Shown: positions 1-10,246, counted from the stretch's first letter. The stretch: DNA of 64,000 bases from a virus (IMGVR_UViG_3300042691_033239:5650-69649); one strand, 5' to 3'. Notes: generated from the letters alone by a model not told the origin. A program made the numbers and translations.

Positions 1-106
1 ATGTGTCTCCACCGCCACCGCCAATTCTTGATATAACTGAATTGCCGCCTGATTTTCTTTGCACAAATCCTTTCTTTGGATCTATCTCAACAATTATACC
101 CGCCAT
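1..106 (-). CDS. 5' part of a probable virion/fibre protein, running off the window start
   Basis: Manual translation from ATG at 106: MAGIIVEIDPKKGFVQRKSGGNSVISRIGGGGGDT..., open to the window edge. The N-terminus resembles that of 10959..11360. Confidence 0.6.
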   Translation of the reverse strand, partial: MAGIIVEIDPKKGFVQRKSGGNSVISRIGGGGGDT

Positions 107-443
107 GCTAAATACATCCCCTAATCTATTTCGTGAAAATTAAATTTATTAAATTTATCAAATGATAAATAAAAAATATCATAATCAGTGATACAGATAT
201 TACCATAAAATATTTATATAAATAAGCATAAATAACTATAAATAAAAATATCCACAAAATATTTAAATTTAAAAATATCTTAGATATGTTTGATATGTAC
301 TTATTATTCTTTATCATATACTAATAATTATATTGACAGATGAATTAAGTGCGCACATTGATCCAATGCTAATTTGGATTACAAAAATGAAATTGTGAGC
401 TAGGTTAATTCGACCAAGGATAAATTTCTTGTGCTGGTTGCTG

Positions 444-472
444 TTGACACGGCGGCATGACTGCGCTAGATT
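444..472 (+). promoter_or_regulatory. sigma70-type promoter
   Basis: TTGACA (444-449), 17 bp spacer, TAGATT (467-472), upstream of ATG at 525. Confidence 0.65.
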
Positions 473-524
473 TTGTACTGTCAAGAATTCCCACTTTTTT
501 ACTTTCAGGAAGATAAAAACAACT

Positions 525-1934
525 ATGATTATTCAAGGAAGCGAAATCAAAGTTCATAATAAATACTCTGACATCAGGGATCTGGCTACAATCATTAACG
601 CCAGTAATAATCCGGAAAGGCTTAGTAGATTTTTTGATGAGAAGTTTTCTATTAAAAAAGAAAAGAGTCACTTGACTGCTATAATCAGGTTGATGATTGA
701 GAATGTGAAGCCAAAAAGAACATTGACTGAGTATGAAAAAAATGTATTGGCTAAATTTGAGCAAATGGAATTGCTTGACAAATCCAATATCAACATTGAA
801 AATCATTTTGTAAATTTCTTTGGGTTTTCTTCGTTAGAGGAAGTTATCTCTATTAATTATGATAAATTTATTGAAAAAATTGTAAGCACAATTGATCAAA
901 AAAGCAAAGATATTGAGAGGCATTGTTCCAGCAAAGAAAGCTATGATGCGGATGAAGACTTCAGAATTATATTAGAAATAATTGATAATTGGGATGAATT
1001 TCTTCTGTTCATTTACATTTCCAGAATAAATAATAAAAACTTAGAATTTCTTCAAAAATACAATGAGACTCATGATCTAGATGAATTGTTAACTGATTCT
1101 CTCATTGAAACATCTGGTGGATATTATAATATTAAAAAAGCCTTTGAAAAATATTTCGAGAAATACGAAAATTATATTTTCTACGTATCTCAGAGTAATA
1201 TAAAAAATCCAGATATTGATAATATCATAAACAATATGATTTTATTTTATAAAAGCTCAATAAATTTCATTGATGAGGCGAAAAATATTAATGACTATTT
1301 GTATCCAGTAAGAGATTTAGGATTGGGATTTTATAGTAACTGGAGCAGCGATGTTCATAATCGTATGATTACCCTAATCAATGCTATTGATGGGGTTGAT
1401 TATGAAAATAAGTCAGAATTGATTCATTTGTATTATATATGGAATTTTATTGCCGAGAATGAAAGGCAATGTCATAGAGTACCAACCTTCTTGCGTGGCC
1501 TTGATCACAACAAAGAAATTAAAATTTTTCTAAAATATGCCCAAAGGCATATAGATCTGGGGAATCGATATAAAGAAAATGGAACGTTATATCACATAAC
1601 AAATAAAAGTAATCTAAATTACGAAACTTTATTGGAATTGCATAATGTCATCATAAAGATGAAATCTAATATAAAAATTTCATATGATTCTGATATAAAA
1701 AATCATCATCGATATCTATACGAATTATATGATAATTTGTCCAAAAATCCCTGCTTGGGGGCTTGCCCAATTCTTCAATCCGAAGTGTATTCTTTGAATG
1801 ATAAAAAGCTTAGAACAAAGATTCTGAGATTTTCTAGTGTTATTTGTCCAAAAGTAAAGAATAAGGCTGAAAAATCTCTTGACCAAAATATCAAAAGTAT
1901 CATTGCTGAAAGGAAGAACATAGGAACTTGGTAA
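525..1934 (+). CDS. hypothetical protein (~469 aa)
   Basis: Long ORF 429..1934. The ATG at 525 follows AGGAAG and lies downstream of the promoter, so it is the more likely start. No recognised motif. Confidence 0.8.
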   Translation: MIIQGSEIKVHNKYSDIRDLATIINASNNPERLSRFFDEKFSIKKEKSHLTAIIRLMIENVKPKRTLTEYEKNVLAKFEQMELLDKSNINIENHFVNFFGFSSLEEVISINYDKFIEKIVSTIDQKSKDIERHCSSKESYDADEDFRIILEIIDNWDEFLLFIYISRINNKNLEFLQKYNETHDLDELLTDSLIETSGGYYNIKKAFEKYFEKYENYIFYVSQSNIKNPDIDNIINNMILFYKSSINFIDEAKNINDYLYPVRDLGLGFYSNWSSDVHNRMITLINAIDGVDYENKSELIHLYYIWNFIAENERQCHRVPTFLRGLDHNKEIKIFLKYAQRHIDLGNRYKENGTLYHITNKSNLNYETLLELHNVIIKMKSNIKISYDSDIKNHHRYLYELYDNLSKNPCLGACPILQSEVYSLNDKKLRTKILRFSSVICPKVKNKAEKSLDQNIKSIIAERKNIGTW

Positions 1935-1939
1935 AAAGG

Positions 1940-1969
1940 TTGACGAAGTTAGTCCTCACGGCCTAAAAT
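1940..1969 (+). promoter_or_regulatory. sigma70-type promoter
   Basis: TTGACG (1940-1945), 18 bp spacer, TAAAAT (1964-1969), intergenic before 2040. Confidence 0.5.
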
Positions 1970-2039
1970 ATCGAGAGGTTGACTTAGGGCTCAAGATGGG
2001 TAAGACTAGATCTATCATAACAGCAAAAGGAAAGCAAAT

Positions 2040-2987
2040 ATGAATATAGTAGCAATAGCAACATTGATCATTGTCGTAATATCTACAGTCATTATGATTC
2101 TTAATTACAACTTTCACTCAAGCTCATTGGGATTTATTGAAAACAAGATTGAAAAATTTTTCTCTGGATGGAAAAATTCCGAAGAGAAAAATAATGCTAA
2201 ATTTGATCAGATTAAGGCATCGGCAGATGAGATAGTAAAGAGCGCATCTGAAATTGCCGAAGTGGCAAAAGAAAATGCAGAGGATTATGCATTATTTATT
2301 GATAAATCAAAATCCTCTTTGCAAGATCTTGAATCAACAATTACAACTGTAAAGAAAGCAATAACAAAGTCATCGAAAGAAATCAATCAGGCTATTACGG
2401 ATGTAGAGAGAGAAAAGATTCGCGCAGAAATAATGAAAGAAGAAACATACATTCGATCCATGGAAGATCGAATTAAAAGATTGCAGAAAATAAAGGATTC
2501 AAGAGATCTTGAGGTAGTATCAGTAATATCAAGATTGAGAATATCTGAGATTGAATTGAGGCTAACAGGCATTAAGGAGATTATTTCTAAATCCATAGCA
2601 AGCATTGAACATGGACATATTCAGGTTATTTATAATGGAGTAAACTTGAATAAATGTAAGAAAATCATGACTGAGTTGTATAAGTTGCAGCTAGGGAAAA
2701 GAGAAATTAATCACGCTGAGATTGTAGATCCTGGTGAAGAAACTTCATGGCTTGAAGTCAATAGCTATATCAATGTTTCTTCTGTGAAAAAGAATAAGGT
2801 TACATATTCATGTACAAAAGAACAATACGATAACTTTATATCTCTCTATAACAATGTGAATGAAAGTAAATCATCAGATGTCGAAAAAATAGAAAGAATG
2901 ATCGATGATCTTTCCCAACAATTTTCTCATCTTCTTCATGAATCAGAGTCGATTGCAAATCAAATTGACGTAAGTGATGTAATCTAA
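2040..2987 (+). CDS. membrane-anchored coiled-coil protein
   Basis: N-terminal hydrophobic helix (IVAIATLIIVVISTVIMIL) followed by heptad-like K/E-rich helices; AAGGA upstream. Confidence 0.75.
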   Translation: MNIVAIATLIIVVISTVIMILNYNFHSSSLGFIENKIEKFFSGWKNSEEKNNAKFDQIKASADEIVKSASEIAEVAKENAEDYALFIDKSKSSLQDLESTITTVKKAITKSSKEINQAITDVEREKIRAEIMKEETYIRSMEDRIKRLQKIKDSRDLEVVSVISRLRISEIELRLTGIKEIISKSIASIEHGHIQVIYNGVNLNKCKKIMTELYKLQLGKREINHAEIVDPGEETSWLEVNSYINVSSVKKNKVTYSCTKEQYDNFISLYNNVNESKSSDVEKIERMIDDLSQQFSHLLHESESIANQIDVSDVI

Positions 2988-3027
2988 ATAATCCTTCCAA
3001 CAAAACCACTCAAAAAGAGGAAAGAGT

Positions 3028-3465
3028 ATGTCAGCACAAAAAACAAAAGAATATCTTGATGAATGTCTCGATAAGCTTCGCAGCATCAATGCAGAGTTAA
3101 AGACCATTGTATGTAACATCACGCACAATGGGATCAATTACGATGCCATTAATAATGTTACGTCGCATCTAGAAGTCAAGAAGTCTAGAAATCTGTTTAT
3201 GACATTTGAAGACATCATTGAGGATTATGAATATATCTCGGTAAATGATATTCGATATTGTCTTGAGAATAAATTTTGGGCAACATTCGAGAAGAATGGG
3301 CAGACATATTTTGAATGCGGCCCGAACATTGATCATCTGCACGAAATTTTCCAGAATCTTAATGATGAGATTATGACATCTCGGGCAGCAAGGGAACTAT
3401 TGGATGAACTTCTTAGAACTGCTCAATTATGTACCGACAAATTCACCGCAATGTATGAGGAATAA
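3028..3465 (+). CDS. hypothetical protein
   Basis: 145-aa ORF with GAGG upstream, co-oriented in an operon. Confidence 0.75.
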   Translation: MSAQKTKEYLDECLDKLRSINAELKTIVCNITHNGINYDAINNVTSHLEVKKSRNLFMTFEDIIEDYEYISVNDIRYCLENKFWATFEKNGQTYFECGPNIDHLHEIFQNLNDEIMTSRAARELLDELLRTAQLCTDKFTAMYEE

Positions 3466-3467
3466 GA

Positions 3468-3872
3468 ATGTTCAAAAAAGAAGAAATAGTAGAAAAAATT
3501 GCGAAACATATTGCGACAGAATCCAAATTAAATCCAAGTTTGAAAAATTCTATCTGGGCCAAAAATCCAAATGTAATTTGCTTTACAATTGAAAAAGATC
3601 ATTATTACAACGATAATTTTTATGTTCCATATTCAGAATTAACAATAACGTATGTAAATACAGAAACCGAAGATACAAGTATGGGCACTATTCATTTCGG
3701 AAAATATGGAAGTATTGTTATTGGGGATCAGAAATTAAGAAAATATATCATGGATCAAAAGAAACTTCGTGAATTTCTTGAAAAATTCGTGGAAGAAGAT
3801 TTAAAATACATTAACTTTTCATCAATTACTATCTGGAAAGATGGTACAGTAGAGATGCATCAAAGGAGATAA
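3468..3872 (+). CDS. hypothetical protein
   Basis: 134-aa ORF tightly coupled to the previous gene, GAGGA upstream. Confidence 0.75.
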   Translation: MFKKEEIVEKIAKHIATESKLNPSLKNSIWAKNPNVICFTIEKDHYYNDNFYVPYSELTITYVNTETEDTSMGTIHFGKYGSIVIGDQKLRKYIMDQKKLREFLEKFVEEDLKYINFSSITIWKDGTVEMHQRR

Positions 3873-3879
3873 TCATATT

Positions 3880-4476
3880 ATGAAGCCATACATTCACGCT
3901 ACAGCATCCGCAAAGAGGTTCGGGGGAAAACCTGAAGATTATCATGATATCCATCAATTCATGGATTCATCGAAAGCACACATTGCTGATCATAGACATC
4001 GAGCGATATTTCACAATTCATTTGGATGCTTCATTATTGAATCTGTCTTTGGAATTACGAGAATAAATTCAGCAGGCAAGGTTTATTCTACAAGAGATAT
4101 CGCTGAGCAGCATATCATTGAGGATCTTGGTCATATTCCTACGGTACAAGATTATTTACGTCACATGGAAATCCAACCATGGATGGGCGAGAGGATGACG
4201 CCCGAGAAATTCAACGAGCTATCTAAAAATACGAAGGGAAGTTCCAGTGGCGAGCCATTCAATGAGAGCGAAAATGAATCTGTGAGAACATGGATTCCAT
4301 TTGAAGAGTTTGCGAATTCTGAGAAGGAAGATGAAAATACCGAAGAATTAAAGGAAGATGAAGGCCAGAAGGTTTGTCCTTCCCCGGCTTTCGACATTGA
4401 TCTGGTAGAAAAAATAAGAAAAGTAAAAGATATAATTCCAAAACATAGAGATCCGTATAGCCGTTTGATTGACTAA
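3880..4476 (+). CDS. DUF6915-like His-rich protein with acidic C-terminal tail
   Basis: Motifs HATASAKRFGG, DYHDIHQFMDSSK, RHRAIFHNSFG and EQHIIEDLGHIP match my recollection of DUF6915; AGGAG SD. Confidence 0.7.
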   Translation: MKPYIHATASAKRFGGKPEDYHDIHQFMDSSKAHIADHRHRAIFHNSFGCFIIESVFGITRINSAGKVYSTRDIAEQHIIEDLGHIPTVQDYLRHMEIQPWMGERMTPEKFNELSKNTKGSSSGEPFNESENESVRTWIPFEEFANSEKEDENTEELKEDEGQKVCPSPAFDIDLVEKIRKVKDIIPKHRDPYSRLID

Positions 4477-5506
4477 TATAAAAAGGAATCATATGAATAT
4501 GATTATTCCAACTCCTCCGGTGCAAAGACTAAGCGAGTCATTTCCTCTAAAGAGATATGTACTTGCCGGATCCTATCCTCTTCAAATCAGAAAGAGTAAG
4601 GACATTGATCTTATTGCATACAGAAAAGATGTTGAAGAGGCATTTCCTCATTTCAATATTAGTAATGATTATATTCATTCCACAGAGTATGATGGAAGAA
4701 GGTATGAATTTTTGTTTGCAGATAAAATGCCTACCTTTCAGAAGATCATGGAAGAAGCAGAAAAGGATGGCTACAAAACAACCTATGAAATTCTCTATCT
4801 CATAAAGTCTGGTCATATCAAGGTTAATCCAACAATGAATGCGGAGAAACATATTAATGATCTTCACATTTTAAAAAGAATCCTCAATGAATACGAAGGA
4901 AAGACATCTCCATATCCGATCAGAAGAAATCTGATCAAGGAGATAGAGAAAGATCATGTTGCTATGCTAGCCGCACGTAATCAGCGTTCTGCTGCTGGTA
5001 AGCTGAATCTCAAACAAGATACAAACAGGTTCTTCAAAGATAATGTGCAAAGATACATAGAACATGATGATATTCATTTGTTTTACAAAAAATACGACGT
5101 TCCTATGTATAAAAAGATACAAGAAGAGGGAAGTCAAGTTCTTTGTTCAAAGAAACTATGGAATAAGCTATCCTTTGAGGATAAAATTAATACCGTGCAT
5201 GAAGAGTCCTATGTGATTGCCACAGAAAGAATTCTCATACCAGATTTCTTGCATAAGCGAAAATCACCCGACCAAGGATCTGCTTATCTTGCATTCAAAT
5301 ATGCAATCTCAAGAATAAGTACAAATCTTACCAAAGGATTCTTTAGAGATTTCGCTTTTGAGAATTATTACCTAATTGTAAATTCATTCGATGAAAAATA
5401 TTATGAAAAATTCTTCATCGAAGAGAATATAAGAATCATCCAAGAGAACAAAAACAAAAATGAGGCCGAAGGGCCTCGAAATAGAATGTCACGGCATGAA
5501 GTCTAA
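4469..5506 (+). CDS. phage protein with nucleotidyltransferase-like N-terminus (DUF7275-like)
   Basis: LAGS...DIDL (Pol-beta-type GS/DxD); C-terminal HDDIH...PMY...VLCSKKLW...HEESYVIATER block seen in a phage family. The start may be a slightly later ATG. Confidence 0.55.
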   Translation: MTNIKRNHMNMIIPTPPVQRLSESFPLKRYVLAGSYPLQIRKSKDIDLIAYRKDVEEAFPHFNISNDYIHSTEYDGRRYEFLFADKMPTFQKIMEEAEKDGYKTTYEILYLIKSGHIKVNPTMNAEKHINDLHILKRILNEYEGKTSPYPIRRNLIKEIEKDHVAMLAARNQRSAAGKLNLKQDTNRFFKDNVQRYIEHDDIHLFYKKYDVPMYKKIQEEGSQVLCSKKLWNKLSFEDKINTVHEESYVIATERILIPDFLHKRKSPDQGSAYLAFKYAISRISTNLTKGFFRDFAFENYYLIVNSFDEKYYEKFFIEENIRIIQENKNKNEAEGPRNRMSRHEV

Positions 5507-5513
5507 CTAAAAA

Positions 5514-5861
5514 CTAAGGAAGATAGCATTCTTCCGGAAGATTCGGAATGTTCTCGGGCTCAATGTCATTTTCGGAGGAAAGCAACTTGTAATCCATATT
5601 GATCTTTTTCATATCATATGAAATCAGAACTTCCGTCATGCTCTTCGACATAATCTCCGACCAATACCCGATATTTACCATTACTTCATACATGCGACAA
5701 GCTTCAATCCATGAATTCGTCATTGTATTGATGTGGTAAAGCAAATCATCCTTTTCTGACGGATAGGATTCCCCCATAAAAGAATAGATATAAAAACTAT
5801 TCAAGATGGAATAAATCATCTTGCTATCCGGAGACTGATTTGGTGAAGCGGTGTTTGTCAT
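5514..5861 (-). CDS. hypothetical protein with its own sigma70 promoter
   Basis: ORF 5514..5909. The ATG at 5861 has a GGAG SD, whereas the ATG at 5909 abuts the -10 box. Confidence 0.65.
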   Translation of the reverse strand: MTNTASPNQSPDSKMIYSILNSFYIYSFMGESYPSEKDDLLYHINTMTNSWIEACRMYEVMVNIGYWSEIMSKSMTEVLISYDMKKINMDYKLLSSENDIEPENIPNLPEECYLP

Positions 5862-5909
5862 GGGAATTCTCCGCGAAAAAACATTAGAGAAGAGGGAGGG
5901 AACATCCAT

Positions 5910-5939
5910 AGCGTATCACATGAAGGGATCGTGTGTCAA
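5910..5939 (-). promoter_or_regulatory. sigma70-type promoter with extended -10
   Basis: Minus strand TTGACA (5939-5934), 18 bp spacer ending TGTGA, TACGCT (5915-5910). Confidence 0.6.
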
Positions 5940-6075
5940 CAAAAATAGACAGTCCACGGTGAAATTACTGTTGGGTGATACGGATTTATATTGACAAATA
6001 TTTGGAAATAAAAGATAATTACTTATACATAGGACATATGTATACACATTTTATCGAAAGAGGTTACAGCTAAAC

Positions 6076-6642
6076 ATGAAAATAAGCAGATTTAATATTG
6101 GTTTTATCAAAGCGTACAAAGAACAGAATGGTCATTTCCCGCCGTCAGAGCTTGCGCCGGGAGAAGCTGCTGTAAGCGCCCCTGTTGCGCCTGAAGTTGA
6201 AGACCGTAGCGTGGAAGAGTTCTTTCTTGTGGACGCTCTAAAATCGCGTCAGGAAGCGTTACTGAGTGAATTGTCCCAGCTATCAGAAGTGGTCGAAGAG
6301 GTTGTAGAGAAATCACCTGTCATGGTTATTCCGGAAGAAAAAGAAGTTGTGGCAACTCTTCCTGATTTTGAATTAGAAGACGAAGAATTAGTAAGTGATA
6401 ATTCATTCCATCCTCTTGATAGGGATCATGATGGTGACATTGAAGATGATTCGTTTGATGGAATGGCATATCCAATTAAGTTTGATCTTGTTGAGATGGG
6501 AGAAGATCATGCAGAAGAATTAGCAAGAAAGCTTGGCAAGAAGCATAAGATTGGCCAGTGGCATGTAAGGAAACTAAATACTCTTCTTAGAGAATTGGCG
6601 AATGTTGGTATTGTAGAGTGGAATGAGAGCGATCCTTCTTAA
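6076..6642 (+). CDS. acidic hypothetical protein with DxDxDG motif
   Basis: 188 aa, E/V-rich, contains DRDHDGDIE; GAGG SD. Confidence 0.7.
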   Translation: MKISRFNIGFIKAYKEQNGHFPPSELAPGEAAVSAPVAPEVEDRSVEEFFLVDALKSRQEALLSELSQLSEVVEEVVEKSPVMVIPEEKEVVATLPDFELEDEELVSDNSFHPLDRDHDGDIEDDSFDGMAYPIKFDLVEMGEDHAEELARKLGKKHKIGQWHVRKLNTLLRELANVGIVEWNESDPS

Positions 6643-7351
6643 TAAAGTTGATTAGCCATTCGCCTTCCCTTTCCTCTGTTATATATGAATTACTATCTAC
6701 GAAGTCCCCTGAATTGATATAGAGCCTTCCGGCCGCATAATCAAAGCAAGGGATATGTGTATGCCCACAGATGATAATATCATAATCATTCTGTATCGCA
6801 TATTGTATTACTTTATTATTAAAATTTGATGTTGTATTTACAATATGTTTTACTTTATCTATAATAAATTCAGCAAATTTCTGCATATATTTCTTTTTTG
6901 ATATATATGAATGAAATATAAAATCACTTACCTTTGCTATGGAATCCAATTTAGATGAAAATACATCAAAACTGTCTCCATGAATCACACAGCATTTGCG
7001 ATTTAATTTATCAGTAAAAATATATTTATCTACAAATTTTATATCATTAATAACAAATGGGGTAAAATTTCTAATAAGATCATCATGATTTCCGGTCACA
7101 TAAATAACATTACTATAATTTGTTAATTCTATTATTCTTGATATAATATCTAAATGTTTTTTTGTAATTACTTTATCTTTCTCATTAAAAGGATAATAAA
7201 ACATTTTCCAGAAATCAAATATATCACCATTGAATATCCAAGTATTAGCAACATATGTATCCAATATATATTCAATAGCATCCAAGTTCTCTAAAGAACT
7301 TCCCATGTGAATATCAGAAATAATAATTGTATTTACATAATGTTTATTCAT
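6587..7351 (-). CDS. calcineurin-like metallophosphoesterase (LpxH/YbbF-like)
   Basis: SDIHMG, NGDIFD, GNHD, HGD, CGHTH and NSGDF motifs. Confidence 0.88.
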   Translation of the reverse strand: MNKHYVNTIIISDIHMGSSLENLDAIEYILDTYVANTWIFNGDIFDFWKMFYYPFNEKDKVITKKHLDIISRIIELTNYSNVIYVTGNHDDLIRNFTPFVINDIKFVDKYIFTDKLNRKCCVIHGDSFDVFSSKLDSIAKVSDFIFHSYISKKKYMQKFAEFIIDKVKHIVNTTSNFNNKVIQYAIQNDYDIIICGHTHIPCFDYAAGRLYINSGDFVDSNSYITEEREGEWLINFIKKDRSHSTLQYQHSPIL

Positions 7352-7357
7352 ATATCA

Positions 7358-7858
7358 TTAAATATCTCTTGTCATGATATGTTCGTATCCATGAATTCCA
7401 TCAATTTCAAATCCTTTTCTTTTTAACATATTAACTATATTTGGATTTACAACATGCAATCTAATGTAGTCTTTCCTTTGCTCATCATCTTCATCAACTT
7501 CATCATACATATTTTGGTATACGCCTGAATTATGCTGTTCTTTGCAGAAATCTATAAATTCATCAATAAGCTTAGAGCCTATGCCTTTTCTTTGATAATC
7601 AGATCTAATGGCAAGATCGGCCATATAACAATTATCTTCAAGATTATGTCTATAATAAAGGCACCCAACTATTACCGGATCTGTATCTTCATATTCATCA
7701 CTGTCATCCTCGGGTTTTACTGATGCATCCTCTGCATAAAGCAACAAATCATAAGATGAACTTATTTTATTTTGAACCATGATTATTTCACATTGCCTTG
7801 CAATTGAACTGGTTCCAGGTTCATCTTCGTAATATTGTAATATTAATATGTTATTCAT
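7358..7858 (-). CDS. GNAT-family acetyltransferase
   Basis: Acetyl-CoA motif A, DLAIRSDYQRKGIGSKL, and C-terminal LKRKGF. The start at 7858 overlaps the upstream stop (ATGAATAA). Confidence 0.8.
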   Translation of the reverse strand: MNNILILQYYEDEPGTSSIARQCEIIMVQNKISSSYDLLLYAEDASVKPEDDSDEYEDTDPVIVGCLYYRHNLEDNCYMADLAIRSDYQRKGIGSKLIDEFIDFCKEQHNSGVYQNMYDEVDEDDEQRKDYIRLHVVNPNIVNMLKRKGFEIDGIHGYEHIMTRDI

Positions 7859-9548
7859 TTGCAGAAAATCTCTCCAATTCATCTTGAGACATATGACCAA
7901 GTTTAATTAGATTTTTTCCTAAAACAGTTGAAAAGTCATATTTATCTTTTTTTAAATTTTCAATAACCTTATTTTTAAGTTTATTTATAGTCTCATTTGT
8001 TATACTTGGGTTTTCCAGCATATTTAGAATAAAACTGTTTTTGTTGTTTTCGTAATTTATATTTAAATCAAATAAATCAACAATTTTATCTTGAATTTCT
8101 TGACTTAAATTAAATTCCTTAAAAAATATATTTGAATAAAAAATTACATTTTCTTTCGGAATTGGAACATGCACAAGTGTTGTATAAATATAATTATTAA
8201 TTTTGTCATTATTTATATTTGCATTTATAAAATATTGCATTTTAAAATAAGAAAGCGATATTCTGATCAAATATTCAAATGTAGCATAGGGCAAGTCATT
8301 GAATCTGGGCGAAAAATAATAATATATAGTATCCATTATTTTTGACGAATAATAAGTTCCATATTTAGCCCTACTTCCGAATTGATTCAAAACGGGTAAA
8401 AATATAAAATTTAAATCCGGAACGTCTAAGAAAATTCTGATGTATTTGTTGATATCTTCAAAATTCATTTTATTGAATAATTTAAACAATATAACACTAT
8501 TATTTTTATATTTGTCATGTATTAAATTTATAATTTGGTCACTGTAATTTGAAGTATTATCAATTATTATAGAAGCAAGCCCGTCATCCAAATTGGGATT
8601 TCTTAAAAAGAACAATGCCTCGTCTGAAGAAAATCCAGAATTATCTTTTAAATAATTAAAAACTTCCATTTGGACTTCTTTAATGGAAGAAGTTTCAGCG
8701 ACATTAAGTAAATTTTGATACTCCATAAAATTAGGATGGAATCCAATCTTGTAAGATGATCTTGCTAACTGCTCAACTATTATATTGTAATTTTCTCGAC
8801 CATAATAATTGATAATATCGTCTTCTGTGATGACCTGATCCATTGCGTCAACAACTGTCCCATCATTCTCATAGGTAATGCCTTCATCTTCTGAATAACC
8901 AAGAGCAATTTTATAAAATGGGTTTTCCATACTGTCATTTTTTTTATCAAAAACAAAATAAATAAAATTATTTCCTTTTGTTGTGTAATAATCAAACATA
9001 TTATCTTTTTTTGCTGATATACACCATTTAGTGTTAGCGCCTAGCTTAACCGATCCCATAACATTTTCCGGGAAGTAAATAGTAAGACGCTCATTTTCAT
9101 ATATTTTTTTATATTTAGGTTTTTGGTTCATCATCAATGAACTCATCTGAGCGAACTTATCTATCTCATATCGAAGATCCGCAACCGTCTTATATACAAG
9201 CTCTTTAGTCTTTGGATTGATAGCTAAAATATTCTTTTCTTTTAATGATTTTTTGGTATCCACAAATGAATCAAGTATTTTAAAAAATAATTCTTTATAA
9301 GAAATGCCTTCTGTAGAAACTTGTTCTTTTAGATATTTCAACACCCATTGCTTAATTGAGCTATCATATTTATGAATATTTGAAGATAAATCTCTACGCA
9401 TATCCTCTTCAGACATTTGCTCTAAAAAATCAGGCTTGTTCTTTTTTATTAGATTAACAATAAGATCAACATACTCAGTATCTTTTCTTGATAATTGCTC
9501 TAATATTAACTCTTTAATAAATTTTTTTAATACAATGATATTATTCAT
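7851..9548 (-). CDS. 'WC-motif' protein (paralog 1), putative internal head protein
   Basis: N-terminal tag LKKFIKELILEQ; core LGANTKWCIS...FDYY; helical, repeat-like C-terminus. Paralogous to the three genes at 43995-47628. Confidence 0.75.
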   Translation of the reverse strand: MNNIIVLKKFIKELILEQLSRKDTEYVDLIVNLIKKNKPDFLEQMSEEDMRRDLSSNIHKYDSSIKQWVLKYLKEQVSTEGISYKELFFKILDSFVDTKKSLKEKNILAINPKTKELVYKTVADLRYEIDKFAQMSSLMMNQKPKYKKIYENERLTIYFPENVMGSVKLGANTKWCISAKKDNMFDYYTTKGNNFIYFVFDKKNDSMENPFYKIALGYSEDEGITYENDGTVVDAMDQVITEDDIINYYGRENYNIIVEQLARSSYKIGFHPNFMEYQNLLNVAETSSIKEVQMEVFNYLKDNSGFSSDEALFFLRNPNLDDGLASIIIDNTSNYSDQIINLIHDKYKNNSVILFKLFNKMNFEDINKYIRIFLDVPDLNFIFLPVLNQFGSRAKYGTYYSSKIMDTIYYYFSPRFNDLPYATFEYLIRISLSYFKMQYFINANINNDKINNYIYTTLVHVPIPKENVIFYSNIFFKEFNLSQEIQDKIVDLFDLNINYENNKNSFILNMLENPSITNETINKLKNKVIENLKKDKYDFSTVLGKNLIKLGHMSQDELERFSANE

Positions 9549-10231
9549 GAAGGATCATATCCCCACTCTTGTATGGAGTCTCCGCTATTATATACCTGAC
9601 TTGCTTTCACGCGCATAGACACAATTTTATATTTGTAGCCAGAACCAACAGAATGTCCTTTACCATGATCCTCTGCATATTCTTTGGTAATAGCTACCCA
9701 ATCGCCAGGATTAATTACAAACATCTTTCTTATGCTCTTCTTATATTCACTATACTCTTTCTTCAATGATCCATCCAGATATCCAGGCTCAAGTTCAGAT
9801 AATTCACCATCAATGTAATCTAAAAATAATCCGTAATTAGATTTAACTTCTCTTGGAATATCTATATGAAATTTTGATGGAATTTTAATAAATCTTTTTG
9901 CATAAGATTTGTATTCTGATAATTTTTCATATCTATAATATCCTAATTCTTTTTCTTTATAGTTATTATAGATTACTGCGCGATATATAACAACCGTCTT
10001 ATTCGGCTTATCTCGATATGATCGTATTATAGATAAAGCTTCACTATCAGATGAATGTGCAGTTAAATAATAACTTGGATTTTCATAAATACCTGGAAAG
10101 ATGCTTGAAAGATCATAGAGAGGATCACCGCTTTCCTTATCAGGAGCAGTATGATCCATTCTATAATCCATATCATTTTGTTCAAACAATAAAGATTTTA
10201 TATATTTCTTTATTACATCTTTATTATTCAT
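9545..10231 (-). CDS. putative ADP-ribosyltransferase-fold protein with N-terminal tag
   Basis: VVIYRAV ... INPGDWV.ITKEYAEDHG ... VKASQV..SGDSIQEWGY gives an ART-like R...E layout; N-terminal tag IKKYIKSLLFEQ. Confidence 0.55.
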   Translation of the reverse strand: MNNKDVIKKYIKSLLFEQNDMDYRMDHTAPDKESGDPLYDLSSIFPGIYENPSYYLTAHSSDSEALSIIRSYRDKPNKTVVIYRAVIYNNYKEKELGYYRYEKLSEYKSYAKRFIKIPSKFHIDIPREVKSNYGLFLDYIDGELSELEPGYLDGSLKKEYSEYKKSIRKMFVINPGDWVAITKEYAEDHGKGHSVGSGYKYKIVSMRVKASQVYNSGDSIQEWGYDPS

Positions 10232-10246
10232 AATGAAATTTATCTA

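Noticed and set aside
126-317. 63-aa hydrophobic ORF, possible small membrane protein
   Set aside because: The DNA is extremely AT-rich, which gives I/F/L/Y-rich ORFs by chance, and there is no SD. It could be real but is unsupported.
405-806. 133-aa minus-strand ORF
   Set aside because: Antisense shadow of the long plus-strand gene.
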